The notes: generated by a model not told the origin, from the letters alone. A stretch of 64,000 nt of DNA from Phoronis australis (GCA_002633005.1 NMRA01000512.1:128540-192539); one strand, 5' to 3'. Shown: positions 37,355-53,300, counted from the stretch's first letter. A program made the numbers and translations.

Positions 37355-40300
37355 CTGAAACAAGATAATTGAAATCACTAATTGATGTAACTATTTTGTT
37401 GTTGACTTGAGGCTGTAACACATGTGTACAAACACACACATGATAAAGAAGATGTTGCATTTTCCTTACGGCTACTAAAGAAATCAATACACCTTCAAAG
37501 GGAAACCAACACCTGTTTGATAGTTCAAAAAATGACACGGAGGTACAATCGCAAACAATAAGTGATATCAAACCAAACTATACCTTCGAGACTGAATGAC
37601 TATGAAAAGTTTGGGCCGTAACAAGAACTGTGTTTTAAGGTTATGTAAGGCCAAATAAAAATGTCCAAATTTGGCCAACTTCGGGACAAAGTATCTCAGA
37701 AATGGCTGATCGTATTCATATGAAACCTTCGGATAGTGTGCTTAATATGCACTGTTCTCTACACCTGTTAGAAGTTGTTTTTAAAACCTTCCATTTTCAG
37801 CATGAGGGGCCAGAAAAAAAGGACTTATTTAGTTTTCATGACAAAAAAAAATTAAAAGTTGCATAAAACGAAAATGAAATCATTTAGAAATCATTGTCTA
37901 ACAGCAATGTGTAAGATTTCATCTTGAACATTTATAAAAAAATGTTATTCATACTCTGTCTATTGTTTTGCTGTCAACGCACCTTTCATTCTTTTGTTAA
38001 TTTTTTACTAAAAAACCCAATCAATGGCAGACTGGTGAAAAATCAAAATCCCATTACACAGGGTTTGTGCTTTCAGTAAATATTACACATCCTGAGTTAA
38101 GACCTACAGTTTAATGTAGATACTTCACTAAATACAGAGGTCCTTGGCACAACTTTAACTTGCACACTAATTCCTTATCTCTGTGGTTACTTGGACAAAT
38201 TAGTTAAAAACACAGCATATATCCATGATGTGAATATGAAGTATGTTGAAAATTGTCTTTAAGAACGAGTTTTGCATCAAAAATGATCCATCATAAATCA
38301 CTCAACTGTGTCAAGTAAGTATTGGGACGTGGTGTTGAGGAATAACACTGCATGATACGGGTTATATGAGCCCCCAACGTGCACCATTATTGCAAATTAA
38401 AGTAAAGTAACTTAGAGAATTTTTTGTTTTCACATTTACAAGTTTTGAATGAATAGGACTGCACTTTGTTTAGTGTAGATGATGTTAAAATAGCATTGTC
38501 ATTTGGTTCCTGATGTACATTAGCATAGTTAGGAGCATGCAAATACATCTTTGAAATGATACCAAATGCAGTTTAAACTATTAAAAGATACTAAAAACGA
38601 CTTTCGAATTCACTTTTCTGAAATAAAGTATTGTAACCCTCGACAACCCTCAAAGGTTTGGATCAAAATTTGAAAACTTCGCACAAAGTCAGTTAAACGG
38701 ACAAGTGTGACCTACGCTTTAGGTGAGTTAACAACTGTAGGGACAGACCACGCACCGAGAACCATAATAACCAATTTAGATGAGGGAGAAAGTATGAGTT
38801 TTTTTGGTTGAATCCTGCTTTTACCACTCAAGTTTGATGCGTTAGCAGGTGACAGAATGAGGACTGATTGAAATCGCCAGAACAAATCCTTTTAATAATT
38901 TCCTTCTTTTTTCCAATTAGCAACACAACATACTGCATACAGTACAGGTGAAACAATATTGGAGCATCTCATTAACCAAAGTCATGAACTCTCATTATGC
39001 TATGCTCAGCCTATAATGACAGAATAATTGGTTTCTGCTGAGGAAAACATTACTATTAAATAAAGTACATCTTGTTATCCACTGTTGTCAGGATAGCTTG
39101 ATGAAACACTGTAATTCTGAGAAGGGGTTCTCCAGTATGTTTTAGATAGGAAGCTGTAGCTAATAATAAGATACCCCATCACTCAGAGAGTGGGCTCCGA
39201 ACAAGGATATATTTAATGACTTTCAAAGAGCTTCTACGAGAAACTCACCCTTTGCCGTGAGTTGTTGAAGAGATACCAACCTTTTATCTACAGCAGGAGT
39301 TATTATCAATTAGGCATATAGCCCTTTGTCCTGCTGTGAAGATTCTTCGACATTTGACTTTTAAATCAAGACAAAAACAGAATAGGAAGAGCTATCATGA
39401 GAAAATAAGAACGCCATTTACAGTAAAGATAAAATAGAGATAACATTGAAAACCCTTCTGTAGATTTGTGCCGCATTTTGAACTCCAAAGGAAACCCTTC
39501 TGTAGGAAACCGTCAGAAAGGATGCACTTTCATAGGAAAACTTGTCGTGATGATGTCACCCCAATGTTTACAAAAAACATTCTGAAATTCTGCTATTGTA
39601 CAACAAAATTAATTTTTTCTGTATGGATGTCAAGAACTCAACCCAGATGAAAATGTGGTTTTATTCGAAATAGTATCAAAATTTCTTTATAATATTAAAT
39701 CTCTTTGTGTGAGTGGATAGAATTGTATACATGTGTATGAAAATAATTATTTACATTGATTTCGTAATCATATGTCATTGTAATCTTAACATCAGTTTTT
39801 TAATTGATGCATTGGTGTTTAGTAAATGTATATAGATTTCTTTGTATTTATTTAACCCAGATATAATGCCTCTTTCTGGGTTATGTATATTCATTGTATT
39901 GAAGATTTCCTTATAAACATTAAAAAAAAAATATTCTGAGGCTCACGTCCGTTATACCTCTTCTGTGGCAGTGCCCTGCTTGTAATCAAGGGAGAGAAAG
40001 TCAGAGTACATCACTGTGTTATGGGTATGACTTCTCTACTAAAGACTGTAAAACTGTGGAAACAGATGTCAAGGTTTAATGGAGACAGAACCACTAAAAG
40101 TTACACTGTTAAAGGTCAAACAAGATGGAAACTTTTGAAACCTTATACATAAAGAGAACAGTGACAGTGCTTGGTCAGCTGATAGGAAGTTCGTCCATTT
40201 CCAAGTGATGTTTTGATGTACCCCTTCCTGGTAGTTCTGAAGGACAAACGACGGGGAAGCTCCGTGTGCGCACATCGCTACCATTGTACAAGCAATATAA

Positions 40301-41938
40301 TCAGGCCTCATAGCCTAGCAGAGCGGAAATGCAGAACACAGGAATTGGATTCAGTTTCTTAACCAGTATTTCAAAAAGGAGAGAAGTGTTCATCTTAATG
40401 GATGATTGGTGTTTTTGTGTGTGTGTGTGTGTGTGTNGTGTTATGAATGCTTAACAATGGATTACATTGATATCTAGACTTTGAAACTGCTGCCATCTAG
40501 TGTTGAAACTAAACAAAAGATTTTGTAATCAGGTATTCACTTAACGAGCTTTAATGAGCTTTCCAACAATGTCCTTATACTCAGCACTCAACAATGCATG
40601 CCCTTAAGTAGTACATTAGGGTAGGTGAGTCAATGAAAACTTGTGGCTGTTTTCCAAGAAAAACGTACACTGGAATCAAATTTCTAAGAAAACACAGTTG
40701 ACATGAAAAAATAATGCCTCAAGTGGTATTGAAACAAAATGGCTGACATATGAATACTTCCAACTCTCTTGTAAGCATGGAAGCTCAAATGAATGAAAGC
40801 TTAACCGTGGGGTTAACTTACCGTAAACATTCGGGTTAACGCCCATGTTCGCTTAACCGCCCATCCCCTACTTTAGGTAGATTTTCGATTTAACCGCCCA
40901 CTGCTCGGTTAACCACCCATCTGCAATTTTTGAAGATTTCCAGTTAAGCGCCCACCTCTTGGTTAAAGCACCCATCCCCGACTTTTGAAGATAGATGCTT
41001 ACGCGACCAGTACTTAAAGGAAATGCACGATTACCCATTTTTAGATAAAAATTGATGATAACGAAGAGTGCAATGACAGCATCGGAGACTGTGGTTTGGC
41101 AATGTGAATTATAATAAAAGTAACAAATTATTGTCCCAGGTCATGGATTTGCTTCAAAATGTAATACCTTCAAAGTTTTGTCACTTTATTTTCTTCCCAT
41201 GTTCGCAAAAGTAAGAACCCCGCTGGCTTCCAATACCTATGATTTCAGCAAAGCCGTCTGCCGCGCTAAGTTTCCGTCTGCAGTGCTCTAGATAAAACTT
41301 GTATTCGAAAAAATAAAGCCAGAGAAACGTGACAGTGGTCTTGCAAACACTCCTAACTCGCTTTAGGTGGGAATCTCTCGGATTTTGAATAAATACCTTA
41401 AGTCTGTGAATATTGTTTCCACCTACGTTTTTAGCCCTCCCGAGTAATTTTGTTTCTTCATTGGATAGTTTCAGCCGGAACAAAATACTTCCCATTCGAG
41501 TCTGAAATATCTACGACGTAGGAGTTCCCACGCTCTGGAGTGCAAGTTACCTTGGCTGCATTATATGAGTGACACGTGACTCATATGCGAGTTCTCAACC
41601 CCGGAAAGAAGGTCTCGGGAATTAATGATTGCCGCTGTCTTTTGGCATAAAAAAAACGAGATGCATATTGAAACCACAGGCGGCCTCAGCTTCTGATCAT
41701 CCACAAAACACTATATAATACTACAAGGTATGACACTCCCGACTAGAAATTCCACGGGTGCTTCACTTCAGCCGTCCATAGCAAACAAAAAACTTAATAA
41801 ATGTACACAAAACAGAGGTTCAACAAACCATGAGGAATTGTTCTTTCACCCAACACCATTCACGGTGTCCTGCTTCACCCAGTTCACAAGAAATTCGTGG
41901 TCAAAGCACAAAAATCTTCCCAAAAAGCCCGTCCGGAG

Positions 41939-42109
41939 TTTGTAAATCTAAGGTCAAGGACGATTATCACGGAATTACCCGATGAGTTACGGATGAATGG
42001 CAGTTGCCGATTTGTCACAGAAAGTTATGAAATCGTGACAATCGGCAATTGCCGTTCATCCGTAACTCATCGGATAATTCCGTATCGTCCTTTACCTTCG
42101 ATTTACAAA
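41939..42109. mobile_element. ~170-bp palindromic (hairpin) MITE-like element
   Basis: TTTGTAAATC.AAGGT.AAGGACGAT...CCGATGAGTTACGGATGAA..GCA.TTGCCGATT.GTCAC is mirrored as its reverse complement around ~42025. Confidence 0.7.
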
Positions 42110-45100
42110 GGAGTTTCTCAGTGATACTCTGGGTGTTTATCCTAAGTGGAAAACTAATTGTGTACATTTTGACACTCTACTGTCTCAAAATTTAAACCAT
42201 TGTATCATAGACCCTGTGTCAAAATACAGCAGTGATTGGGAGGATTCAGAATTTTAAATAAAGTACGCACAATGTTAATGTTTATACCAATGTACCCCTT
42301 TGAATCTGCGCATCATGCGTGGAATGGCAGATTTTCCATCAATAACATTAAGAATGACAAGGGTAACAAAAACATGTAACCTCAGAAACAACATATTGAG
42401 ATGCCATTCCAAACAACACATTGAGATGCCATTCCAAACAACATCTTGAAATGCCATTCCAAACAGGTTTCAATTTATTTCAAACATCAGCATCATATTG
42501 CGATACTACAAAAACTCACACAAAACAAAAACAAAACTGCCACTAAGAGGCGCCACAGTAGTTGGCGCCGTCCAAAAATCGTTGGTATATGCCCTCTTCC
42601 CGTGAGAAGATATCTGATTTACATAATTATCTTAAAAGTGGCTTCAGGCCGACAAAGAAGATGATGCCAAAACCAACTAAAAGAATAAAAACAGCCACTA
42701 ATAACCAGTAGCCATGCCTGTAAAAACAACGCATTGTTCGCATTGTTTGACGTTCTTTAAAACTTCATGTAGTCAACACAAATATTGCCTGCAACAGGTC
42801 AGACAGTTAATAACAAAGCTTTTATGAAATGCGCTTCAAGACAAAAAATGTCACCCTGCTAAGACTATTTTGGCAGTTTTGCTGTTTTTCCATTAAGCTA
42901 ATCTGACTGCGTGACTGTGTGTAGACCATTGATTAAGATAATATAACACTAACAAGCTACATCCATTTCCTGTTGACTTATCCATGCGAACTAGCCATGG
43001 CTGAAGAACATGGTTTGTTAATGTCCACTTCAGGGTTCAACTGGTTTAAGGTTTTTAATTTGGCAAGTTAGTACTAAAAGCTTGACACAGCTTTCTAGGG
43101 AGCAGATGAAATGTACAAAAAAATTATTGTTTCTGCTATTTAATTCTCCCAGCAATTTTTGTTTTATTTGAATTATATTTTCAGCTCAAAACAGGGCACA
43201 GGGCTTCAAAGGTATAATTATATGCAAATTAATGCAAATAGTTATTTTCATCAACGAGCATCCATTCCTTTTCAAAGATTCTGGCCAGGGATTCTAACAA
43301 ATTCCATACTTGAAACCCCAAAAGGCCAAAAATTACACAATTGGTTATGACCTGTGTATGGGTCATTTTGAAAACCGCCGACTCACTTTATAGACAGAAA
43401 AATTCGACCAAGTTCACCCGGCATCAGGTGACACAGGGCTAAAGAGAGCCTGAACAATTACAGCCGACATCAAGCGATGCTGAGAAAAACGTATACCGAC
43501 CCATTCTGAAATTCAAGCTGGCATAATGTGAATATTTTTATTCCAAAATTTGTTTAACTTAAAACTAGCACATCGCATCAAGTCAAAAAAATCACAATTG
43601 TAACCCAATAAGCCGTTTTTGTAGGATTGTCATAAAATTCACTGGCCTTTGAACAAACTGAGCTTGGTAAGCTTCTACCTTACATTACAGGTATTGCATG
43701 ATGCAGTGTGGAGTTATGCAGTTAAATGCTGCACAATACACAGGCATCACGACCCACTATGGTTCATCTGCAAGATGACGGACTACTCCGCTGAACGTGA
43801 TATCAACTCTAGTTATATTTATCTCATTGTAACAAACCACCGGTGCCGGTTACCCGAATAATGGGGGCTTTGTTTTCGAGTTATTTTTACCGACGCAGGT
43901 ATGTGTACGAACTACTTCTTTATCAGTCTCATCTCATTGGTATACTTATTTTGACTTCACACAAAACTAGAATGAAAAATGTCAGATTACTAATTTCAGG
44001 TTTGGTTTCTTGTCCACTGATTAGACCCGGGGGCCCTGCTTGTGGGTGAAGTTGCACGCAGGAAGAAAACGCAAAACACGAGAATTTTAGTATTTTTACT
44101 GCGATGCGAATTAAGTTTTATGTCATCATTCATTTCTTAAAGTTATTAGTGCCTTTACACCAGCATGTATGGTCTTATGTTGAGTTCCCATCAACTATTA
44201 AACTCGGTTATAACCGTTCTGCACCCCCAGCTTTTGTTCAGAGTTGCTTCCGCACATTCACACCAAGAATTAAAACCCAAGTTCTTGCAATTAAGTCGCA
44301 AAAGATCCACCCATTTAATTTAAACAAAAGGTAACAACTTTTACAAGTTAGATAAAACGTTGTAACAAGTTAGATAAAACGTTTACAAGTTACACAAAAC
44401 GTTGGACCCAAGTTACAACCGTTACAACAGTAAGCTACACCACACATCACATAACATCATAATTGTAATACAGTTGTAACTTTTTCAACCAGTTTTAAAC
44501 TGTTCATGTAAAGGGTTATAACCTCTACGTCAGGTTATAACTGAATTGCGTGAACAGCACATCAGTCAGGGCATGCAGTCAGTGACATCAGCTGAGTCCC
44601 TGTGTGAACAACAGATGAAGCAGGAAAACCTGAGGTATTCAAAACAGAAGACCAAATCTACACCTGCAGACCCCACCCTTCAAAGAAAAAGTTCAGTTGC
44701 CAGTTTTTAAAATTCATGAATCGTTGAAAATCATTTTCTATAAAAATAAATTCCAGATGACTCCCAAGAATTTGATTTAAAAAGTTGAAATGCCAGAATG
44801 ATTGAAATCGCAAAGTATTTGTCTTGCTAACATAAAATTCACTTTCCCAGATGCACTAAAAACGGGTGAATGGAATGGCTGCTACTACATACAGATTTTA
44901 CAGACACATTTTACAAAATAGAAAATCTGAAAATGTCGCTGCAGCAACAAGTCACCCACTATTGATTGGTTGTACGTGCTACTTTCTGGTTGCCAAGGCA
45001 AAGGCGGCCGAGGAAACTGTATGTGCGCCAGGTTGACCAATCAGTTGCATTGCTGCACAGTATTAATTGATTGAGCGACATATTGCCAGTGTAAAGCTTA

Positions 45101-47341
45101 CGGTGGACCCAACAGGTTGTTTCAGTGACAGAGATCAGTTTCAAACAGCCAGGTAAGATGTAGTTAAAGCCATACGGTAATGTGGAACCGATTTTGAACA
45201 AAAAATCATTTTCTCAAACACTGACTTAACAGTACCACCAGGGATCGAAGTACTATTTTGACAAATCCGCAACAAAATTTATGCTAACGATGATTTAAGC
45301 TTTTCATAAACTTTAGTTTGGTAAGAAATTTGGAAAATATCATCTGCTTAATATTTATGTAGTAACCTGTTTAGTTAAGAAGGTGAGGACTTGTACAAAT
45401 TCAATATAAAATAAACAAGTACAATAATACAAGCATTATTGTTTTGTGCAAATCAAAATTCATTATACACAATTCAAAATGGAGTAACTTTAGTAGTTAC
45501 TCACTTGTTGAAGTAACTCTTTTATAACCTGATTTGAAATTATGCAGTAACAGTAGTCAAGAAATATAAAAAGCTTGATTTAGCCAAGACTAGTTAAAAT
45601 ACTGACAGATTTGCAGTCAATTAACACACAGTTAATTGCATGAGGAAGTTATAGTTAGCGACAGAATTTACTGACTAAAAATAATGTTAATCATTCTGAG
45701 GATGGAAATCGTTTTTTTTTTCTCAAATGCTTTTTTAATTTGCTTTCAACTTTTTTCAAAGGTTTTTTACTTTGAATATTTGCAATTTTTCAAAACATTG
45801 TGTAGAGTTAGCTTGGCACAGAGCTTGAAAGTGCTGCAGTTTACAAAAACTATGAAATAAAATTTCGCTTGTATGCGAGATTTTCCCAGGTTGGAAAGAC
45901 CAATTAGTCAGCAGCTATTTTTGCTCAAAGTCAGTGACATTTTACACTACTGAAGACATACCTTTACACAAAATATTCCAGCCAGCTCATCTGGATTACC
46001 ACATTTTCCAATGGGATGTCAGTCAATGTTTGTGAATATCACCTACTGAGTGAACCCTTTCAATACACACACAATTTACTAATGGGAAGGATCAATTATC
46101 AGCACTGTTAGCATTAGACCACTTAGAGTGTTTAATCTACCCTGCCTACAGGGAGGAGTACTGCATCAGCTAAGGTTTGTTTCGAAAATTAAGTTATTTT
46201 AAAAGCAATAAAATCTTCATTTTCAATGGAAATTTCTGATACTAAGCCTCAGGGTTACACATCCTCTGTTATGGAAATAGTTTGCAGAGAACTGAGTGAA
46301 TACGCTAGTAGTGAGGTTGTCCCCAGGGTCAGTGTTCTGATAAAATGTGGCTACATTCTACTATTGGTTATTATGTTCTGATCATCACGTTACAGGAACT
46401 CTTCATTTACTAAGTTAGCGCACAATATGGCCAACAAGTGAAATTATAGTTTGCCAAATTTATTCACAAAAATAAAAATTAAAAAAATAGTGTGTTATTG
46501 GCGTAATTTGTACTGTGTAGATGTCATAAAACAATGCTTAGTGAAGTGCCCATAACTGACCTATTGCAAGCTCCGCCCCTTTTTGCAAAATGTTGACAAA
46601 CAAATAAGTTTTACCCAGCAATATGTTCTTAGTCAGGTAAAACGGTGGCTTGGAAATGAAGGTGTGTCAAGAATGCTATGTTCTGATTGGTCAGTTAAGC
46701 CCTCACTCAAAATCCTGGCGATAGGTCAATTTGCAGAAAGGTTAACCAGCCTTCAAAAAATGGAAAAATGATAATTTTGTCAAACATTTTTCAGCAAAAT
46801 ACCTAGAGAATTGTCGTATCTTGTATTAACAGGAGAGGCTTGATTTTCTTCAGTTACACTGCTAAGCAACGAGCATTAATTTGTGTATCAAATATGACAG
46901 TCTTATCACTGAGTATGGTTCAAGCTCACTTAGGCGTTGGGGTATCAAAACCCCAAATGTCAGCAAAAGATTTGATGAAGTTTCACCTGTCTGCCATCTT
47001 GTCAGCCGTCTTGTGTCTGAAATTCGTGAGATTTTACTGGAGTCAGTTACAGCTAACCCCTTTAAACAACTAAGTGACCCTTTACCATAGAAACGCCTGT
47101 GCTTCAATCAGTGATAATGTTTTAACAAAACAAATCAAACAAGGACTGAAGAAATGGCCTTAAGGTATTCTAAGCAATTTTTTTTAGAAAAAAATATCCC
47201 TATAGCAGGTGACATCCAATGTTGATGACAAACAGGTAGGGGGTGAAAATAAGCAGTGAAAGTGGAAGGTCTCTTGAAATAAACGCGACTTCCTGTTGTA
47301 GGCAAACCTGCTACAGCCGGACACATTCGCCACACGGCGAC

Positions 47342-50300
47342 ATGGTCTTAACGCTAGTATGGGTCACATGTCTAGCTTCCATTCTACTCACCGCCAATGC
47401 CCAGTCAGCAGTATCCAGTAACATGGGGGTTATCCCCCGCGGTGTCTGCCCCACTCTCAAGGCTCTCTCCTGGGATTACCCTCCCTACACAAGATTATAC
47501 CTGGATGGCAAGTTCAACCTTCAACACAGCATCATGCACATCGTTCTGTCCAAGATCATCAACAAGTGTTGCCTTAGCAACACAACTCTAGAGCAACATT
47601 TCACCTCGTTGCCCGGCAACGAAATGGAAGCTACATTGACAGAGAACATCACATTCGCATTTCCAGTCAGTCGCAACATGGACAGGCTAACAGCTAGTGA
47701 GAAGATTCCTGAGCAATCCTTCATACCTATCATTATCTCCCCTGGTAAGTCGTTATCTCCCCTGGTAAGTCGTTATCTCCCCTGGTAAGTCTAGCACAAT
47801 GCCTACCGCACAATTAGTACATTATTCATGTTCATTATAACAGCTATATAATACAACATAATTTCTCATAAGGAACCTTTGTAATGCAAGTCCATTTGAA
47901 TATCAAGCCATGTCCTATAAAGAATGACCACTTTAACAATGAATTTGGCTTCTACACAGCCGTCATGAAGGGAACTCCACATCGAGTTTGTTAGTATTTT
48001 TGTTCTGTACTACAGACAGTACATTGACAGTCAAGATGCCAGACATTTGGATTATCCTAATAGATTGTTGTTTGGAATACCCAACACTTTCAAAATCACC
48101 GACTTATGTTTCAGAATACAGCAGCTAAAACCGATCTTAAAAACGTTGAATGCCGTGACATTCTGAGCCACTATGGTTAAAGCTTTCATTAAGAAAGTTC
48201 AAGGAAACAATTGCAAAAATACTGTTGTTTTATAATAGAAGACAATGCCTGTCATGCATTACACAAAGCATAATCGGTCATTATGAGAAGGCATTTAGGA
48301 TGTTTGAGTCAGAAAGCCACTAAGCCTCTTAAAGACATAATCCAAAGGTTTAACATTAAAATATTAATATTTGGAAGATGTTGTACAATAGGTGAATGTG
48401 TTTTGATCAGTGTGATAGCTGATGTGTTATGCCTTCTACAGATGTTCTTAACTTTTGTGATGACATCACTCACAGACAGCTAACCCAAGCAAACACTGTG
48501 AGGTGAAGTGTTAGAGTGAGAGCCCTCTGTTGGTGTCTGGGGGGCCAATGGAGAACATGTTACAAGGTGGAAACTCTTCCTCCACTTCAACTTGCAATTG
48601 GTTCTTGCTTCATTAAAAATTATTTCTCACAAGCTGCAGCTCTTTTTTCATGTTCCAGGGCTCGTTCCAAGAACACTAGCTTAGCTAATACAAATCTTAA
48701 ATTTCGTTACAAATTTTTTATTTCATTGAGTATTTAATTTTGTTAATTTTGTTAATTTTTGTACAGCCGTACACTACAAACTTTGGAAACAAGGAAGTTA
48801 AGTTTTCTTCCTGATTACTTTAGTTTAACATTTTGATAAAATAAATTATAACAGTTACAACGCATTGAGTGCTAAATTGACAATTGTATTGTACACCAAG
48901 TTCATGTTTACACATTATCAAACACAGGCAAGTTGTGCCTTCTGTCAGACATGAAAGGAATTGTGGTTTATGAGAAAAGAATTAAGTTCATGGTAACTAA
49001 ATTAGTATTGGTGACAAAAGAACTACATAGCATCAGAAAACAACTACTTTTAGACCAGAAAACAAGACTCGATGACAACTGACCAGTCAGGTCATGCAAG
49101 AGGAACATTGCGTTAGCAAATGCCCCCATCTGTTATATGGGAATATTGTGACTTTTTAATTCTTTGTCTGAAAATGATGTCAGAACCTATAGTCTCATAT
49201 TTGGAAATATATGTCATTATATTGTGTGGATGACTGAACTGAATCAACTTCTGTTACCATTTCAAACATTCTGAGCATTGACACTTATCAGTCAAGAGAC
49301 GCCTTGGAGCAGGCCTGTGCCTTTAATGTGAGCATCTACAATCATCAAGACAGCCTTCTAGTGAATAATTTAAGCATTTTCTCAACTTAATGATGAAAGA
49401 TTAATATCAAACAAATCATGCGTGATTGATCACCTTGGATGCCTTGAGTACTAATCCTAACCACAAGTTAACGTTACTGAGGATCCTAGAAAAATTCTAA
49501 TTTTGAAATATCAGATCTCAGAAATGGCTCGTCAGGTCCACATGAAACTCTCAGATACTGTTTTATGCACTGTTTATGCATGAGGAGCTATCAAAAAATA
49601 GGACTGAAAATTTTTGTGAAATGAAACAAGACTTTACAAAAATAATTATAAGTGTTTTGAGATTTAACCTTGAGCATCTACTGTGTATCAAATGAAATTT
49701 GATCATTTTAGATATTGTTATTTTGCTATAAATGTACCTTTGTTTTTCGCTAATTTTTTACAAAAAACTTATGGTCACATGACCAAGTTAATTAAAGCTA
49801 GGTAGACAGCTAAAAATCAAAATCTTGAGGCTTTCAACTTCAACAAAATACATACTTACAGAGTCGTAGTTATTTTGTTAATTGCACAGATTAGTTGATA
49901 AGGTCGTACAAAACTGTGACATCATGAGGAAGTGGAGACCTTTGCCGGCATCTCTTTAAAATAATTCAAACAATAAATGGAGTTATTTTTTTAACCACTT
50001 CTGTTGTATTATTAGAAAACTGACCTTTTCACAAATATGCACCAACGAAAATGTAAACGTTAAGTTAATTAAATGGTGTGAATTTGAGTGTGAATGAGTG
50101 TATGAAAGTCCTCCCCCTTCCCATTTCAATCCCCCTTTTTTAATAATCTCGGCTAATTATCCGCCCAATCATTAGGAATAATTTTCCAGATATTTATTTG
50201 TTCTTTTAGTATAACGTATTGTCCTCTAGTATGTTGTAAAGATATATAGTTGGTTCCACCCAACCCCAGCCATACCTACTAATCACTAATGATATGCTTT

Positions 50301-53300
50301 CTGGGTAAATTAACATATTGAAAAAGAAAATAAATGAGGAAGTTGCCTTCCCAATTTAAGAAGGGATATTTGCTGGTTGATTTGAGGGAAGATTATTAGA
50401 AAACTAATCAGACGTAATGGCCACCGAGCAATAAGGGGATTATGAAATTTCAGACAGACGATCACATGGCAGACAGACGATCACGTGGCAAACGGACGAT
50501 CACGGCGCAGCTGTTGGGCAAGTGGTCTGAAATTGACTAAAGACACAAACTTATTTCTGAACAATAATTAAACCTCACTTGAGCAAAACGGCAAAGCGTT
50601 TGATAATATATACATAACTGCTAATTACTGGCATACTTTCTTCAAATTATTTCTAAACTGTAATGTGCCCCTAATTACTTAGCAACCATTGTTAAGCAAC
50701 TGTGACGTGGGAGCGTAAGATCAATTTCCTGTTTTCAGTCACTTTCATGAAAGAGACGGTGTCCACTGATGGCTGCCAAATGCTGTATTAGACCATTTGA
50801 ACTGTGCAGAGGTGCTGACGAATACAGTCTAGTCAGTGACAGCTGATTCATATGTATATATACGATTAGCACAGCTTTCACCTAAGTGATGTGAAGGGAT
50901 TTCATGTGCATCTGAGCAAAGCACTCACGCTCTGCTACCCAAAAACTGGACCAGCTCAATCCCAAGTTCATTGGCCTCATGCTAATTGGTCAGAGCCTGA
51001 TCATGTAACATGGATTACTATAGGCCCTCCCCCTGTATCATGTAACATGGATTACTATAGGCCCTCCCCTGTATCATGCAACATGGATTACTATTGGCCC
51101 TCCACCTGTATCATGTAACATGGATTACTATAGGACCCCCCTGTATCATATAACATGGATTACTATAGGCCCTCCCCTGTATCATGTAACATGGATTACT
51201 ATAGGCCCTCCCCCTGTATCATGTAACATGGATTACTATAGGCCCTCCCCCTGTATCACTCTACTTACCTACAATCAAGCTTTTCTTGAAAGGAATTTAA
51301 GATGTGAGGTTATTTGCAATAAACATGATTTGCTGCGAAATGTTCTGCTATAAATGGCACAATAAACAAAGTCTACTTCACTGCTAAAGTCAGATGCCTT
51401 GACGGCAATAATTGGCGACTCGTAATAAAATAGTAAAAACATTCTGTTTGATATTTATGGTCAAAGCTAATAACTTCAGAAAATCTATTCAATCCACAGA
51501 CGTTGTAAAAACAATCATGTTCCCTTGCTAACAACACCGACACGTATTTCAAGCTTGGTCATCAATGGCCATTTGGACTTCATTCAAACTTCAATTTAAA
51601 ATCAATAGTTTCTGCCTTTTCCTCGTCGAAACCATTCTATAAGTTTTGCATTGAATTACATACTTGTTGTTTACTGAACGAATCCTGATAGCAACCTAAG
51701 TGAAAAACTGGAATTCAAAGCAATATCGATAACTGTTGTTTAAACAAAGTTAGTCAGAACAATAGGAAAATAAGTAAGTGGATAAGGATTCCTATGACAA
51801 GCAATAATGAAAGTAAAATGCCTGGAGTCAATTTCGCTTAGAGGCAGGTTTCTCGAACCAAAGTGTTACAATTTTTGAAATTTTTAACTTCTATCAGAAT
51901 GTCAGGTTGTAAACAAGTTAGCATATGGACATTAAACTTGAAAAAGAGACAAATGAATAAAAATATCAATATGCCAAGACTTTAACTGTTGATGGAAACC
52001 ATTATCATTTTAGTTTGGTTCGTGTGACAACCAGGAAACCTGAGATTAGCTATAATCCAGACTTTTAATTAAATATTGTATTCACATGAATCTCTCCTTC
52101 CCAAATAAGTAGTTATGGGGAATACATTTTAATTCGAGTACTGGTAGTACACAAACTTTTGAGAAAGTAAGTATACCTTTTGTTGTAGCCCCAAATTTCC
52201 AAGGAATTAGGCAAATCAACATAATCTATGCATCCATATATTAAGTAGAAAAATCTTGATAATCAGGTGTATTTTACACATATCCTACAACGAAAAACAG
52301 TTTTAAGTCAAGACCACAATGGAACATTGTTTCAGAAAATGGCTTTAGTTTGTAAAGTTTAAAAACTATTCCATTCTATTTTATCAATAAACATGGAAAT
52401 GGTTCAATTACAAAGCTTGCCTCAAAAATTTAGTTGCCATGACCAACACCAATAGTCATTTACCAATGCAACAACTACCGTACATGAAAAAATGCCTGGT
52501 CGCTAAATGGTGGTAAAAGACACAAAATGGCCGACAAGTGATCATTATTTTTTCATTTTTTCATGTAAGATAGGCAACACCACATAATTGTTAAGATCTA
52601 TGCAATAGCTGAGTTCACCAGTACCAAACCCTGTAGTGTTGTAACTAACCGTTACCAGTCAAACCTTCAGTTAAAATCGTTTTAACGCCAACTAGGTTTT
52701 AATCGCTAGTGGTCAGTGATATTGTTTTCTGATTCACCCCAGATAGTGCCATGGCATGCCACTGTCTTCAATGAGATTTGACAGAAGCACCATTTACAGT
52801 TGTAGCTTTGACAACTGCCGTGTTCACAAAAAGTTATAAACCTCTCGCTAAACCACTCTCACAGCAGACTACAGTCACAACTTTTAAAACTGGTTTTAAA
52901 GTGTTTAAATCGAGAGTTAAAATATTTAATTTCAGGTTTTGTAAGTTATAACTGCGGTGTGAACAAGGTACATGTTGAAGAGAAATTGTAAACATTCACA
53001 ACATAATTAGTCCACGAAAATGAAAAATATCAAAATTTGTACTTAACTTATGAGATTTTATCATTATGTGCTCTTGTAGGAGCCATCTATATCAACTACC
53101 AGGCACCAGGGGGTTACATCCTGCAGATCTTCATGCAAATGTGGCCACTGTCCATTCTTCTCATAGTGGCTACAGGCTTCGCTGGGATCATTATCTGGGC
53201 ACTGGTGAGTACAGCCAGTGGGATTCCATATGCACAGCTACGGCATTCCATGTGCACAGCTACAGCATTCCATATGCACAGCTACAGCATTCCATATGCA

